NCBI GenBank assembly: GCA_964492735.1
Contig: CAZBLE010000001.1
Location: 13,218 to 77,217 of the forward strand
Source of the DNA: an uncultured Gammaproteobacteria bacterium
GTDB lineage: Bacteria; Patescibacteriota; Patescibacteriia; UBA9570; XYC2-FULL-38-9
Length of the DNA stretch: 64,000 bases
Direction: 5' to 3'
Positions 9,689 through 19,885 of the stretch are shown here, one piece after another. The notes under the pieces were generated by a model that was given only the letters and a program-made list of their open reading frames with translations, was not told the origin of the DNA and did not search any database. The stretch's first letter is position 1; every line of letters begins with the position of its first letter. Both the position numbers and the translations under genes were made by a program.

Positions 9689-10258
9689 TTATTTCTTCCA
9701 CGGTGTTTCTACAACACCCGCAGTATGATTCACAAATCGTGCTGCAACAAACAAATAGTCTGACAACCGATTAAAGTATTGGATAATTTCTGGTAATACC
9801 GCCTCTTCTGCGGCAAGACGAATCACTGCCCGCTCAGCACGACGTGCAACAGTCCGAGCGACATGCAACTGAGAGCCAATAATAGTTCCTGATGGTAAAA
9901 TAAAATTCTGCAAAGGTGGTAAATCTGCATCCATCTCGTCAATCCATTGCTCAAGATCTGTTATTGCACTTGCCTCTACTGGTGGCAGCGTCTCAGGAAT
10001 ATTTGTTGGGTCATACGGCGTCGAAAGATGAGAGCCAACTACAAACAATGTCTGCTGAATAGACTCACATTGCAAGACGAGCTGATTGAGTCGTTCTCTC
10101 ATATCTGCTTCTTGTAAGAACGCCAAAGCAAGTCCAATCTGCGCATTTAATTCATCAACTGTTCCGTAACTCTCAATACGCTGGTGGGCTTTTGTAATCC
10201 GCTGCCCACCAAACAAACTTGTCTTTCCCGTATCTCCTGTTTTTGTATAAATTTTCAT
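9689..10258 (-). CDS. PduO-type ATP:cob(I)alamin adenosyltransferase
   Basis: MKIYTKTGDTGKTSLFGGQRI...ESYGTVDELNAQIGLA is the canonical N-terminus. Start moved to the ATG at 10256-10258. Confidence 0.8.
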   Translation of the reverse strand: MKIYTKTGDTGKTSLFGGQRITKAHQRIESYGTVDELNAQIGLALAFLQEADMRERLNQLVLQCESIQQTLFVVGSHLSTPYDPTNIPETLPPVEASAITDLEQWIDEMDADLPPLQNFILPSGTIIGSQLHVARTVARRAERAVIRLAAEEAVLPEIIQYFNRLSDYLFVAARFVNHTAGVVETPWKK

Positions 10259-10279
10259 GTCGACGTTATACCGCAATCC

Positions 10280-12295
10280 TTAATCTAAATCAACAACACG
10301 AATTGCATCATTCAATCGATCCGCAACATAGATCTTACTGCCAACTACCAATGTACCAATTGGGTAATCAAATTTTGCATCATTCATATTGCCATTTTTA
10401 TATCCTCGCTTCACGCTACCACCTGAAATTAACTCAGTGCGTTTTGTTGCAATATTATACTTACGAACCGCCATGTTAATGGAGTCGGTGAAATAAATAT
10501 TTCCAGATGAATCAGTAGACAAGAATGTTGGCCACGCGAGTCGCGCCTCAGATCGAGCCGCACCTTCGGCATACCCTGGAATTTCTTTACGACCAACAAG
10601 TGTTGAAACCCGTTTTGTACCAAGATCCATTTGACGAATCACACGATTGTTGCGATCTGCAATGTAGAGCATTTTGCCTGATGGGCTGAGCGCAAGACCA
10701 ATAGGTGCATCAAACGCAGCGCTTGTTCCAACAGCATCAGAATAACCAGCGCTACCAGTTCCAGCGATTGTTTTTACATCTCCTTTATTACTTCCCGTTA
10801 CCGTCACTTGTCGAATCAAATTATTTCCTGAATCAGCAACATAGAGATACTGCCCATCTTTTGACAGTACACCACCAATTGGACGAGTGAAATACGCGCA
10901 ACCACTTGCGTTGAGATCATATTCATCTTTACATCGTGCACCATCTTGTTTCCCATTTGTGATATTACTACCGTCATTGTAGCGACCAGCACCTGTAAGA
11001 TATGTTGTCTCTCCAGTGTCGACATCAACTTCTTGGATACGATTGTTGTTACGATCTACAACATATAATGACTTACCATCTTTTGAAAGCGACATTGATA
11101 GCGGGTCAGAAAAACGTGCTTTTTCTCCACTCTTCACCTGATCGTCTTTGCCTTTTAAGTAATTGTCGACAACGCTCCCCGCAATAACTTCGGTCTTTTT
11201 ATCTGAAATACGAATTTTACGGATTCGATTACTTTCAGAGAAATAGATCCATTTTTTATCTTTTGACAACACAAGTGCCTTTGGTTGACCAACGAGAACT
11301 GGGTTACTATCTTTCACATTAAACCGAATTTCACCTGCGAATTTTGCATTGATATTAAAATTATCAAGTGAGTACTGTTGTACAATTCCAATGCCCGTCG
11401 CAACAACATAGAGTTTTCCGTTATATGATGTTAAACCTTCTGGGTAATTCACAGACAGCATACTTTCATCAGACGCGACAGTTGAAACAGTACAATCAGG
11501 AAGGTCAATTTTTCGCACAACATCATCAGAGCCATTTCCATCTGACACATACAAATCTTTTCCGACACGATGCACGGCAGTCACATTTTGAAACTGCGCA
11601 CTCGCACAAGAGCCATTTTTCACTGATGCCGCACCAGTTCCAGCAAGAATTGAAACACGTTTTGTGCGCAAATCTACTTGCAACACTTTATGCGCACCGA
11701 TGTCTGCAACATATGCAACGGATGCATCACTTGATAACGCAAATTTTCGTGGTGAATTCAGTGAGCTGGTGATCGTATTGACTCGACCACCGTTAATGTT
11801 CACAGACTTCAATGCATGGTTTAACGTATCAGTAAAATACACTGTACTTCCATAGATCTCAACGGCGTCCGGCCATTTTAAACCAGATGCAATGGTCGTC
11901 ACTTTTCCATCTTTGATTTTTTTAATTTTATTATTCTGTGTGTCCGCAACAACAATGACACCATTCCGTTCAGCAACACCAGACGGCGCAGCAAATTGTG
12001 CATTTGCACGATCACCATTTACATCACCATATGCACCTGTGCCAGCAACACGTTGCACAACGCCATTTTTATCAATTTTGCGAATCGCATTATTCCCAGT
12101 GTCCGCGATATAAAATTCACCATCTTTATTGACCGCAATGTCTTCAGGAAAATCAAAAATAGCTGTTGTACGAAATTTGCCATTCCCCCACATTGGTGTT
12201 CCAACAAATGTTTTCGTATCGCCTTTTGCCGCAAATGCCGAAGCTGGTGCAATAAGGCCAAGCGTGAGCACTGTAAGTAACAATATTTTTTTCAT
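10280..12295 (-). CDS. Secreted NHL-repeat beta-propeller protein
   Basis: Signal peptide MKKILLLTVLTLGLIAPASAFA. About 12 repeats of the (Y/F)(V/I)ADxxNxxIR(K/Q)(I/V) type (NHL). Confidence 0.75.
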   Translation of the reverse strand: MKKILLLTVLTLGLIAPASAFAAKGDTKTFVGTPMWGNGKFRTTAIFDFPEDIAVNKDGEFYIADTGNNAIRKIDKNGVVQRVAGTGAYGDVNGDRANAQFAAPSGVAERNGVIVVADTQNNKIKKIKDGKVTTIASGLKWPDAVEIYGSTVYFTDTLNHALKSVNINGGRVNTITSSLNSPRKFALSSDASVAYVADIGAHKVLQVDLRTKRVSILAGTGAASVKNGSCASAQFQNVTAVHRVGKDLYVSDGNGSDDVVRKIDLPDCTVSTVASDESMLSVNYPEGLTSYNGKLYVVATGIGIVQQYSLDNFNINAKFAGEIRFNVKDSNPVLVGQPKALVLSKDKKWIYFSESNRIRKIRISDKKTEVIAGSVVDNYLKGKDDQVKSGEKARFSDPLSMSLSKDGKSLYVVDRNNNRIQEVDVDTGETTYLTGAGRYNDGSNITNGKQDGARCKDEYDLNASGCAYFTRPIGGVLSKDGQYLYVADSGNNLIRQVTVTGSNKGDVKTIAGTGSAGYSDAVGTSAAFDAPIGLALSPSGKMLYIADRNNRVIRQMDLGTKRVSTLVGRKEIPGYAEGAARSEARLAWPTFLSTDSSGNIYFTDSINMAVRKYNIATKRTELISGGSVKRGYKNGNMNDAKFDYPIGTLVVGSKIYVADRLNDAIRVVDLD

Positions 12296-12325
12296 ATGGT
12301 ATAGGTTATTGAAACCAGTATACCA

Positions 12326-14047
12326 CTATTCACGATCTGGGGGAATTTCTAAATAGTTCACCAAATATTTTGCGAGCTTACCAAATACTGGACTTACAGC
12401 CCCTTCAGCCCATTGCGTTTGTGGTTCATCTAATTTTACTAAAATAACAAACTGCGGATCCTTTAATGGACCAAAACCAATAAACGAACTTTTGTGACGA
12501 TTTTCGTCATAACCACCACGACCATTTGGGATTTGTGCTGTACCGGTTTTGCCACTCATGTAATAACCATCAACGTACGCACTGCGAGTCAATGATTTAT
12601 CAATAACCCCAACCATCATTGTCGCAACAGTGTTTGCTGCTTCTGCGGTAATTGGCTGACTGACCACCTCAGGCTCAACCTGCTCTTGATGTCCATTTGC
12701 ATAGACTACCCGATCAATAATATGCGGCTTCATCATTGTTCCACCATTAGCAATAGCGCCAGCTGCTTGTACCATTTGCAACGGTGTGACTGTCAGTCCT
12801 TGTCCATATGATGTAGTAGCACCGTAAATATCTTTTTTCTTTTTTACAGCAGAAATATCACCAGGGTTTTCTCCGGATAATTCAATGCCTGTTTTCTTGC
12901 CAAAACCAAATGCTGTCACATAATCTTCCCAACGTTCGTGACCGACCTGTTGCTCAACAAATGTTGTTCCCGTGTTCAAAGATTTTTCCAAGACTGTTCG
13001 CATGTCAGTCACTCCATGGCCTTTGCGATCTGAATTACGAATTTCATATTTTCCAATTTTCACAGAACCATTATCTTGATAGGTGGTGTATGGCGTGACT
13101 TTTTTTTCATTCACGCCCGCAGACATGGTGATAATTTTAAAGATGGACCCTGGTTCGTATTGATCAGACACCGCATCATTTAAAAAGATACTTTCATCTT
13201 CAACTTCATTATAGGTATTTGGATCATAATTCGGCACATTACACAGCGCCATAATCGCACCTGTTTTTGGATTCATGACAATGATACTCCCCTTTTTTGC
13301 ATGATGTTTTTCAAAAGCTTCTTGCAAAAATGTACAGGCATTGTATTGAATATTTTTATCGATCGTTAAAATCAATGTATCACCATTTTTTTGCTGTGTG
13401 AGTGCAGAGCCGACCGTGTCTACTTTTGCAACCGTGCCTGCCAATCGATCATTAGCAAACCCTTCGAGGGCATATTGCCCAACGCGTTTTTCATCTACAA
13501 ATCCCATGAATCCTGTAATAGAACTCGCGATGTTTGTTTCCGGGTAATATCGCGCTTCTTCTGGTTTCCAATACAAGCCTTTGATATTTTGTTCATCACG
13601 GATTTTTTTCAACGCATCAACTACTTGCTCAGAAACACCATGTCCAAGCAGCTCATAAATATCATCTTTTTTTGATAGTCGTTCACGCACTGTGTCTTCA
13701 CTGAGATTGAGTAGTGGTGCAATCTGTTTTGCGGTTGCATCAATATCACCTTTGAAACGACTTGGTTCAGCAAAGACATGATACATATCTCGATTAATTG
13801 CGAGCGGTGTAATACCGTCAGTCGTTGTTTTATCTTGTGCGTAAATCTCACCTCGCTTTGGAGTCAGCTCTGTAAGTGATGATTGTTGTGTTTCTGCAAG
13901 TGCTTCATACGAATTATGCTGAATCACTTGTACATACAATAACCGCACCGATAATACACACGCGGATACAATAAAAACACCGGACAGGATTTTCAATCGC
14001 CCACCACTCTCTTGCGATGAACGATTGTCGACTGACCGGCGTACCAT
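12326..14047 (-). CDS. ftsI: Penicillin-binding protein 2/3-type transpeptidase (FtsI-like)
   Basis: N-terminal TM, PBP dimerisation region and transpeptidase motifs SIFK (SxxK), SLN (SxN) and KTGT. It lies in the dcw block next to ftsL, rsmH and mraZ. Confidence 0.85.
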   Translation of the reverse strand: MVRRSVDNRSSQESGGRLKILSGVFIVSACVLSVRLLYVQVIQHNSYEALAETQQSSLTELTPKRGEIYAQDKTTTDGITPLAINRDMYHVFAEPSRFKGDIDATAKQIAPLLNLSEDTVRERLSKKDDIYELLGHGVSEQVVDALKKIRDEQNIKGLYWKPEEARYYPETNIASSITGFMGFVDEKRVGQYALEGFANDRLAGTVAKVDTVGSALTQQKNGDTLILTIDKNIQYNACTFLQEAFEKHHAKKGSIIVMNPKTGAIMALCNVPNYDPNTYNEVEDESIFLNDAVSDQYEPGSIFKIITMSAGVNEKKVTPYTTYQDNGSVKIGKYEIRNSDRKGHGVTDMRTVLEKSLNTGTTFVEQQVGHERWEDYVTAFGFGKKTGIELSGENPGDISAVKKKKDIYGATTSYGQGLTVTPLQMVQAAGAIANGGTMMKPHIIDRVVYANGHQEQVEPEVVSQPITAEAANTVATMMVGVIDKSLTRSAYVDGYYMSGKTGTAQIPNGRGGYDENRHKSSFIGFGPLKDPQFVILVKLDEPQTQWAEGAVSPVFGKLAKYLVNYLEIPPDRE

Positions 14048-14059
14048 ATATAAATAGAA

Positions 14060-14419
14060 TTATTGACCAAGCAATGATGCAACAGCCGTATCTGTTGTGA
14101 CAAATTGAGAAACACCAGCGGAAGTCAACTGTAACTGCTTTGTTTTTTCTTGTGTGTGCGTCATAGAACGCAGCGCTGTTTGTTTCAGTTCCATTTTTTG
14201 ATAGCTATCTTCAAGCGCAACAGATTGTTTTCGTAAATCAGATAATTGAAAATTTGCACTTGTTGAACTGTTCACTAACCATACATACACCACACTTAAT
14301 CCAATGACCGCACCAACCAATGCAACACGAATTATTGTTGTATCAAGCAACTCCATAAAACGTTGGGCCTGTGGAACCTGGTTCATTCGAAGATGCATAA
14401 GTGTAGCGAGTCGTGACAT
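14060..14419 (-). CDS. ftsL: FtsL-like cell-division protein
   Basis: 119 aa with a single TM plus a coiled-coil, positioned between rsmH and ftsI. Confidence 0.6.
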   Translation of the reverse strand: MSRLATLMHLRMNQVPQAQRFMELLDTTIIRVALVGAVIGLSVVYVWLVNSSTSANFQLSDLRKQSVALEDSYQKMELKQTALRSMTHTQEKTKQLQLTSAGVSQFVTTDTAVASLLGQ

Positions 14420-14430
14420 ATATTTTTGTT

Positions 14431-15393
14431 TTAAATTTTTTCGATGATGCGGAGTTTTGCGCTACGAGCGCGTGGGTTAGATGTTATTTCTTCTTCAGTT
14501 GGAATAATGGGCTTCCGTGTAATCTGCTTCCCTATCGCCCGATGATCACAGCGACATTCAGGAATTTCTGGTGGGCAGATACAGTCTGTTGCAAGGTCGC
14601 GGAACGCATGTTTCACAATCCGATCTTCCAATGAATGGAAGGTAATGATCGCCAGACGACCACCTACTTCAAGTCTCTGCATCGCTTCTGGAATAAACTG
14701 CTTGATATGATCAAACTCGTTATTCACTGCAATGCGTAAGGCTTGAAATACAGTTGTTGCTGGATGCACGCGTGACTGACGTCGCTTAGCTGGCGCGGTA
14801 AGGCGCACAACAAGCTCTGCAAGATCACTGACTGTTTCAAAAGGAACGTCTTTTCGGTCTGTCGCAATGGCCTGCGCGAGTTTACGAGCTTGTGGATATT
14901 CTCCATAGTCTCGAAAAATCTGCGCGAGCGTTTCTTCAGATGCAGTGTTAATCAACTCAGCAGCAGTTTTGCCGGTGGTTTGATCAAAGCGCATATCAAG
15001 TGGCCCATTGCCGTGGAACGAAAAGCCCCGTGAAGGATCGTCGATTTGAATGGATGAATATCCAAGATCTGCCAGAATTCCTGTAATCGGACCGTGCTGA
15101 GAAAGCTCATCAGCAAAGTAATTTAGGTTACTGTACGAATCGTGGATGCCAATGAACCGATCGCCAAACTCTGTATGCAACTCTGCTGACGTTGCGTGAA
15201 GTGTCGCGGCGTCGCGGTCGAAACCAATGACAATGCCTCGCGGTGCTGTTCGTTTGAGGATTTCGCGGGTATGCCCTCCTCCACCAAGTGTCGCGTCAAT
15301 AATCGTGACATTTGACGAGAGGTGTAAGCCCTCAAGCGTTTCATGTAAAAAAACTGGTATGTGTTGTTGATTATTCATCTTCACCTTCTTCAA
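14431..15393 (-). CDS. rsmH: 16S rRNA (cytosine1402-N4)-methyltransferase
   Basis: SAM-binding ATLGGGGH motif and ...ITFHSLEDRIVK... conserved MraW block. Confidence 0.9.
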   Translation of the reverse strand: MKKVKMNNQQHIPVFLHETLEGLHLSSNVTIIDATLGGGGHTREILKRTAPRGIVIGFDRDAATLHATSAELHTEFGDRFIGIHDSYSNLNYFADELSQHGPITGILADLGYSSIQIDDPSRGFSFHGNGPLDMRFDQTTGKTAAELINTASEETLAQIFRDYGEYPQARKLAQAIATDRKDVPFETVSDLAELVVRLTAPAKRRQSRVHPATTVFQALRIAVNNEFDHIKQFIPEAMQRLEVGGRLAIITFHSLEDRIVKHAFRDLATDCICPPEIPECRCDHRAIGKQITRKPIIPTEEEITSNPRARSAKLRIIEKI

Positions 15394-15424
15394 AAAAATC
15401 GTGCATATACTTTTTGTTGATTAA

Positions 15425-15856
15425 TTAAACGCCAAGTTCTCCTAATGTTTCAGCAATTTCATTACTTTCTTTTTCAGTCGCAGTCTTGTATTTCTTCCAT
15501 GCCTTGTCATCCCAGATTTCTAAGCGATCAAACAGTCCAGCAACAATCACTTGTTTTTTTGCAGATGCATATTCACGTAAATATTCCGGCAACATAATAC
15601 GACCTTGTTTATCCACTGCAACATCCATTGCTCCAGCAAGCATCAAGCGAGCAAAAGCGCGTGATTTACTTTGTGAGATTGGCAAATTACTCAGTTTTTT
15701 TGCCAATTCATTCCAAACGTTGATTGGATACAGCACGAGACAATGATCAAGTCCACGCGTCACAACAGCCCCTTTTGAAAGGTCACCACGAAATTTCGTC
15801 GGAATCATCATCCGACCTTTTTCGTCGATTGTGTGCTGATATTCGCCAATAAACAT
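15425..15856 (-). CDS. mraZ: Transcriptional regulator MraZ
   Basis: Start at MFIGEYQHTIDEKGRMMIPTKFR (ATG at 15854-15856). Duplicated MraZ/SpoVT-AbrB-like halves. Confidence 0.85.
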   Translation of the reverse strand: MFIGEYQHTIDEKGRMMIPTKFRGDLSKGAVVTRGLDHCLVLYPINVWNELAKKLSNLPISQSKSRAFARLMLAGAMDVAVDKQGRIMLPEYLREYASAKKQVIVAGLFDRLEIWDDKAWKKYKTATEKESNEIAETLGELGV

Positions 15857-16001
15857 AAAATATCTTATTTCCCACTTTCTACCACTTGCAACCATTATAC
15901 ACCACACCACAAAACCTTGCAACCACCAAGTCCCACATCAAAAAAACGCCGACTGTGTATAACATCGGCGCTTTTAGTGTGTGAACTACCTCCAAGGCTC
16001 G

Positions 16002-16394
16002 CTATCCAATTCGTGGATCAGCAGAATATGCAATCGGCACAATAGTTGTCGTTGTTTGCTGCAAGCGCTGTAGGGCAGATTCAAGAGATTCGCCTGACTG
16101 CTGGACAATCGCTGGTAGTTGGTGCGTCATTGCAAGCACATTCACTGTCACGCCTGTTAATCGAGAAACGGTAAAGCGTGATTCAGCTCCCCACTGAACA
16201 ATAATGCCACTCAATGTTTCCACACCTATATCATTAGCCTGCAACAGCTCCGTGAATACTTGCACAAAAGGAACTCCAGCATCTTTTTCCTCAGAAAAGT
16301 CGTAGACACCAAGTTCTCGCACAGTCACGCTGTCGCTTGATACAACGGCAATATGTGCAAGGTCTTTTCCAGAAAAGGTCATATAGAGTATCAT
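16002..16394 (-). CDS. tsaB: Short TsaB/YeaZ-like protein (N-terminal domain only)
   Basis: 130 aa. ...LAHIAVVSSDSVTV... and ...QWGAESRFTVSRLTGVTVNVLAMTHQLP... align to the TsaB GPGSFTGxRIG...A.GLA...P block. Truncated relative to the E. coli protein. Confidence 0.45.
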   Translation of the reverse strand: MILYMTFSGKDLAHIAVVSSDSVTVRELGVYDFSEEKDAGVPFVQVFTELLQANDIGVETLSGIIVQWGAESRFTVSRLTGVTVNVLAMTHQLPAIVQQSGESLESALQRLQQTTTTIVPIAYSADPRIG

Positions 16395-16416
16395 AGAACC
16401 TGATCCTACCTATTTT

Positions 16417-16959
16417 ATGAAACGAATTCAAGCACATATTCCAAATAGCCTCACAATTACTCGATTGATGATCGGCATTATTATTATTCTCTGCGCTATC
16501 ATTCCTGAAATGGCGACACTGCGCTTTGTGCAGATCTTGGGCGTTCTTGGTGTTGTTTCTGATAAACTCGACGGCACACTCGCCCGTTTTTGGAAAACTG
16601 AAAGCGACCTTGGTAAGCGTTTAGAGTCAATTGCCGACCCGCTGTTTGGAGCGAGCTTAGTGATCTATATCTGGCTGCAGATTGGGTTTCCTCCCTATTT
16701 CTTTTTGTGTGCCGCTATCTTACTCTTCATTGGAACTGGTGGCCGCTTGTTAGTGAAATATCTCACCGGCAAATTCTTTTACGAAAAATCTCAAATCACC
16801 CGAATTGGGGTCGGACTGATTTTTATCTTAGTCTTGTGGTATTTATTTGACGGTCCGCAAAAAGAATTCTTCGCGTGGAGCGTGATGGCTTACAGTGTTT
16901 TTTTAACTGCCAATTACGTGCGGATGATGGTAGTATTTATTCGCACGCATCATCGTTAG
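16417..16959 (+). CDS. CDP-alcohol phosphatidyltransferase family protein
   Basis: Polytopic, with DKLDGTLARF...G...ADP matching the CDP-OH_P_transf motif. Confidence 0.7.
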   Translation: MKRIQAHIPNSLTITRLMIGIIIILCAIIPEMATLRFVQILGVLGVVSDKLDGTLARFWKTESDLGKRLESIADPLFGASLVIYIWLQIGFPPYFFLCAAILLFIGTGGRLLVKYLTGKFFYEKSQITRIGVGLIFILVLWYLFDGPQKEFFAWSVMAYSVFLTANYVRMMVVFIRTHHR

Positions 16960-18509
16960 ATTTTTTGTAAATACACAATCAACGTACGGACAGAAAATCC
17001 AGAACCTCCAGCTGGTGTATATGGCAACATTGGTTTTTCAACGATAGCGGGACCTGCAATATCCAAGTGTGCCCATGGCGTTTGTTTGGCGAAGTGTTCT
17101 AAAAATAACGCGCCCATTGCACTACCGGCCCAAATCGTTTTTGGTGAGTTATCTAAATCCGCAACCGGACTTTTCACCATCGCTCGATACTCTTCAGTCA
17201 GTGGCATTCTCCACCATTGTTCACCTGCCTGTTTTCCAGCTGCTTCAAGTTGCTGGTGCAGCTCTTCATTATTCGTAAAGTATGCTGCGACTTCTTGGCC
17301 AAGTGCATAAATTGCAGCACCTGTGAGCGTCGCAACATCAATAACTGCATCTGGTTTAATCGTGTCCACAGTCCATGCAATCGCGTCAGCCAGAACCAAA
17401 CGACCTTCCGCATCTGTATTTGTAATTTCAATAGTTGTGCCGTCATAGGCAGTCACAATATCTCCAGGTCGAGTCGCTTTTCCAGAAATCATATTTTCCG
17501 TCGCCGGAATCACCCCATGTACTTCAACATCTAATTGCAGCTTGGTGATCACAGAAAACAATCCGAGAATGCTGGCAGCGCCTGACATGTCCATGTGCAT
17601 ACCATGCATATAATTTCCTGGCTTGAGCGAGAGCCCCCCAGAATCAAACGTAATCCCCTTCCCGCACAATGCAATGCGCTTGGTTTTTTTGGTTTTATTT
17701 TTTGGCGTGTATTTCAAATGAATAAACTGTGCTTCTTGTTCAGAGCCTGCGGAGACAGACAGTAAAGCACCCATACCGAGACGTTTCATTTCACGCTCAC
17801 CAAAAATCTTAACGGCCACTCCAGGTTGCTTGCCGATTTTTCGAGCAGTATCTGAAAGAACAGTTGGCGTTACATGCACTGCTGGCTCATTAATTAAATC
17901 ACGAGCAGTGATTGTCGCCTCAGCAGTCACTTGTCCGAGAGTAATGCCCTTTTTGCTAGCGGCTTGGTTTTTTGCATCACCAAAAAACGTAATCATCTGT
18001 GGCAGTGACTCGAGCCATTTTTTCTGCTCCACTTTTTTGTATTTATAAAAACGATACGACGCGAGCTGCATGCCCTCTGTAATGGCCTGTGCAATGTCTG
18101 TCACAGTCGCATCTTTGGCGGTTAGCGCTTCAGTCAGCACGGCGATAGTTTTTGGCTTCATTGCAGTGACTGCAATCAGTGCTGCTGCGTATGCGCGACG
18201 CACACCTTCAAGGGTGATTGTATTTTCTGCACCAAGCCCAACAAGTAACACACGCTGTGCAGCGAGCGTTGGCACTTCAAGAAAAAATGTTGCGCCTGCT
18301 CCGCCAGTAAATCCAGTTGTTTTTACTGCCTGTGCAATTGCACCATTCAATATGGTATCAATCTGTTTTGTTGCGGCATTCAGTGTCGGCAGCGCTGCTT
18401 TTTTCGTTGCTGATTTTTTTTCTTCTGCCAAAATCACTGGTATCAATAAAACGTCGCACGTGATTTGAGCGACTGCTGTTTTGGTTGTGTTCTGTGTGTG
18501 GAATTTCAT
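16956..18509 (-). CDS. pepA: Leucyl aminopeptidase (M17 family)
   Basis: NTDAEGRL signature and an M17 catalytic C-terminal domain. Confidence 0.85.
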   Translation of the reverse strand: MKFHTQNTTKTAVAQITCDVLLIPVILAEEKKSATKKAALPTLNAATKQIDTILNGAIAQAVKTTGFTGGAGATFFLEVPTLAAQRVLLVGLGAENTITLEGVRRAYAAALIAVTAMKPKTIAVLTEALTAKDATVTDIAQAITEGMQLASYRFYKYKKVEQKKWLESLPQMITFFGDAKNQAASKKGITLGQVTAEATITARDLINEPAVHVTPTVLSDTARKIGKQPGVAVKIFGEREMKRLGMGALLSVSAGSEQEAQFIHLKYTPKNKTKKTKRIALCGKGITFDSGGLSLKPGNYMHGMHMDMSGAASILGLFSVITKLQLDVEVHGVIPATENMISGKATRPGDIVTAYDGTTIEITNTDAEGRLVLADAIAWTVDTIKPDAVIDVATLTGAAIYALGQEVAAYFTNNEELHQQLEAAGKQAGEQWWRMPLTEEYRAMVKSPVADLDNSPKTIWAGSAMGALFLEHFAKQTPWAHLDIAGPAIVEKPMLPYTPAGGSGFSVRTLIVYLQKI

Positions 18510-19027
18510 GAAATTTCAATCTGATAACGTTGTAAAATATTTTCTATTCTTCCCCAAAAAATAGCGGGTTGTTCGAGCTCTAAGGCAATGGCACTTTCAC
18601 TCGTTGCTGGTTCAAGCAAACCAATTGCTTGAACAACATCCAGCTTATCTAATAAAAGCTGCACACGACCTGCTTCTGTTGGCGGATCTTTCCTGTCTTC
18701 CATCATGTCAGTAATCCCATCCGCGAGCATATCTAGAATCACAGGATCATTACGCAGATATTCAACAACACGCATTGCTGCTTCTGGCAGATCAGATTCA
18801 TGAGAAATTGCGACCGTGTCTGGAATTGTATTCCCACGACGAATTGTAGAAACATCAATTGGATCATCGAGCATTGACGGATCCATTGTGCCGGCATCGT
18901 CCAGCTCTGAAGAATAGGTCGTTGGTGTGCGCATCTCTTCTCGACGAGCCACTGCTTCTTGGCGTCGTGCGTTATCTACCTGCAGTGAACGAGGTCGCTG
19001 TTGTAATGGCTGTATGTGTCCTTCCAT
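18506..19027 (-). CDS. Hypothetical acidic protein
   Basis: 173 aa ORF with a 4-nt overlap with pepA; no recognisable domain. Confidence 0.45.
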   Translation of the reverse strand: MEGHIQPLQQRPRSLQVDNARRQEAVARREEMRTPTTYSSELDDAGTMDPSMLDDPIDVSTIRRGNTIPDTVAISHESDLPEAAMRVVEYLRNDPVILDMLADGITDMMEDRKDPPTEAGRVQLLLDKLDVVQAIGLLEPATSESAIALELEQPAIFWGRIENILQRYQIEIS

Positions 19028-19132
19028 AATACGGAAATGTTAGCATATCTCCTCAAAAAAACAATAACTATTACTGATTGACAAGTGAGTGATTTTTATG
19101 GCATGATCGATGTTCAAATAACTGATTTTTTC

Positions 19133-19885
19133 ATGAAACTTTCGATTATCGACTTACACGCTCAGGCGGACGAAAAAGAAATTCTTAAAGGAATTGATTT
19201 AACTGTTGAGCAAGGTGAGGTCCACGCGATTATGGGACCAAATGGCTCTGGAAAATCAACGCTCTCACAAGTGCTCTTTGGGCATCCTTCCTATGAAGTT
19301 ACCAGTGGTGACATTACCGTAGACGGTGAATCTATTATTGAACTCTCCCCTGACAAACGGTCACACAAAGGATTATTTTTGGCATTTCAATCACCACAAG
19401 CGGTGCCTGGTGTAAATATTGGCACATTCCTCAAACAAGCAATTAATAGTAAACGACGCGCTGCCGATCCGGCATATAAAGGCATGCGAATTCGTGAATA
19501 CCGCGAACTCCTTCAAGGCACAATGGACGAACTCTCAATGGATCGCTCTTTTGCAGATCGCTATATCAACGATGGCTTTTCTGGTGGTGAACGGAAAAAA
19601 ACTGAAATTCTACAGATGGCAATGCTCAAGCCACAGATTATTGTCCTCGATGAAATTGATTCAGGGCTAGATGTTGATGCACTGCGTCTTGTCAGCTCTC
19701 ATATTATGAAGCTCAAGAAAGAATTGAATTTGGGAATTATTATCATTACCCACTACCCTCGTATTTTGACAGAAATTGTACCGGACAAAGTACACGTTTT
19801 ATTAAATGGAAAAATCGTCTCTTCAGGCACCGCAGATTTAGCACAACAGATTGAACAACATGGCTATGACTGGCTACGTATTTGA
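19133..19885 (+). CDS. sufC: Fe-S cluster assembly ATPase SufC
   Basis: Walker A GPNGSGKST, ABC signature FSGGERKK, Walker B IIVLDEIDSG. Start at MKLSIIDLHA. Confidence 0.9.
   Translation: MKLSIIDLHAQADEKEILKGIDLTVEQGEVHAIMGPNGSGKSTLSQVLFGHPSYEVTSGDITVDGESIIELSPDKRSHKGLFLAFQSPQAVPGVNIGTFLKQAINSKRRAADPAYKGMRIREYRELLQGTMDELSMDRSFADRYINDGFSGGERKKTEILQMAMLKPQIIVLDEIDSGLDVDALRLVSSHIMKLKKELNLGIIIITHYPRILTEIVPDKVHVLLNGKIVSSGTADLAQQIEQHGYDWLRI

Noticed and set aside
19079-19132. suf operon promoter (TTGACA at 19079)
   Set aside because: A -35-like hexamer is present but no convincing -10 at proper spacing could be identified by eye, so it is not reported as a feature.
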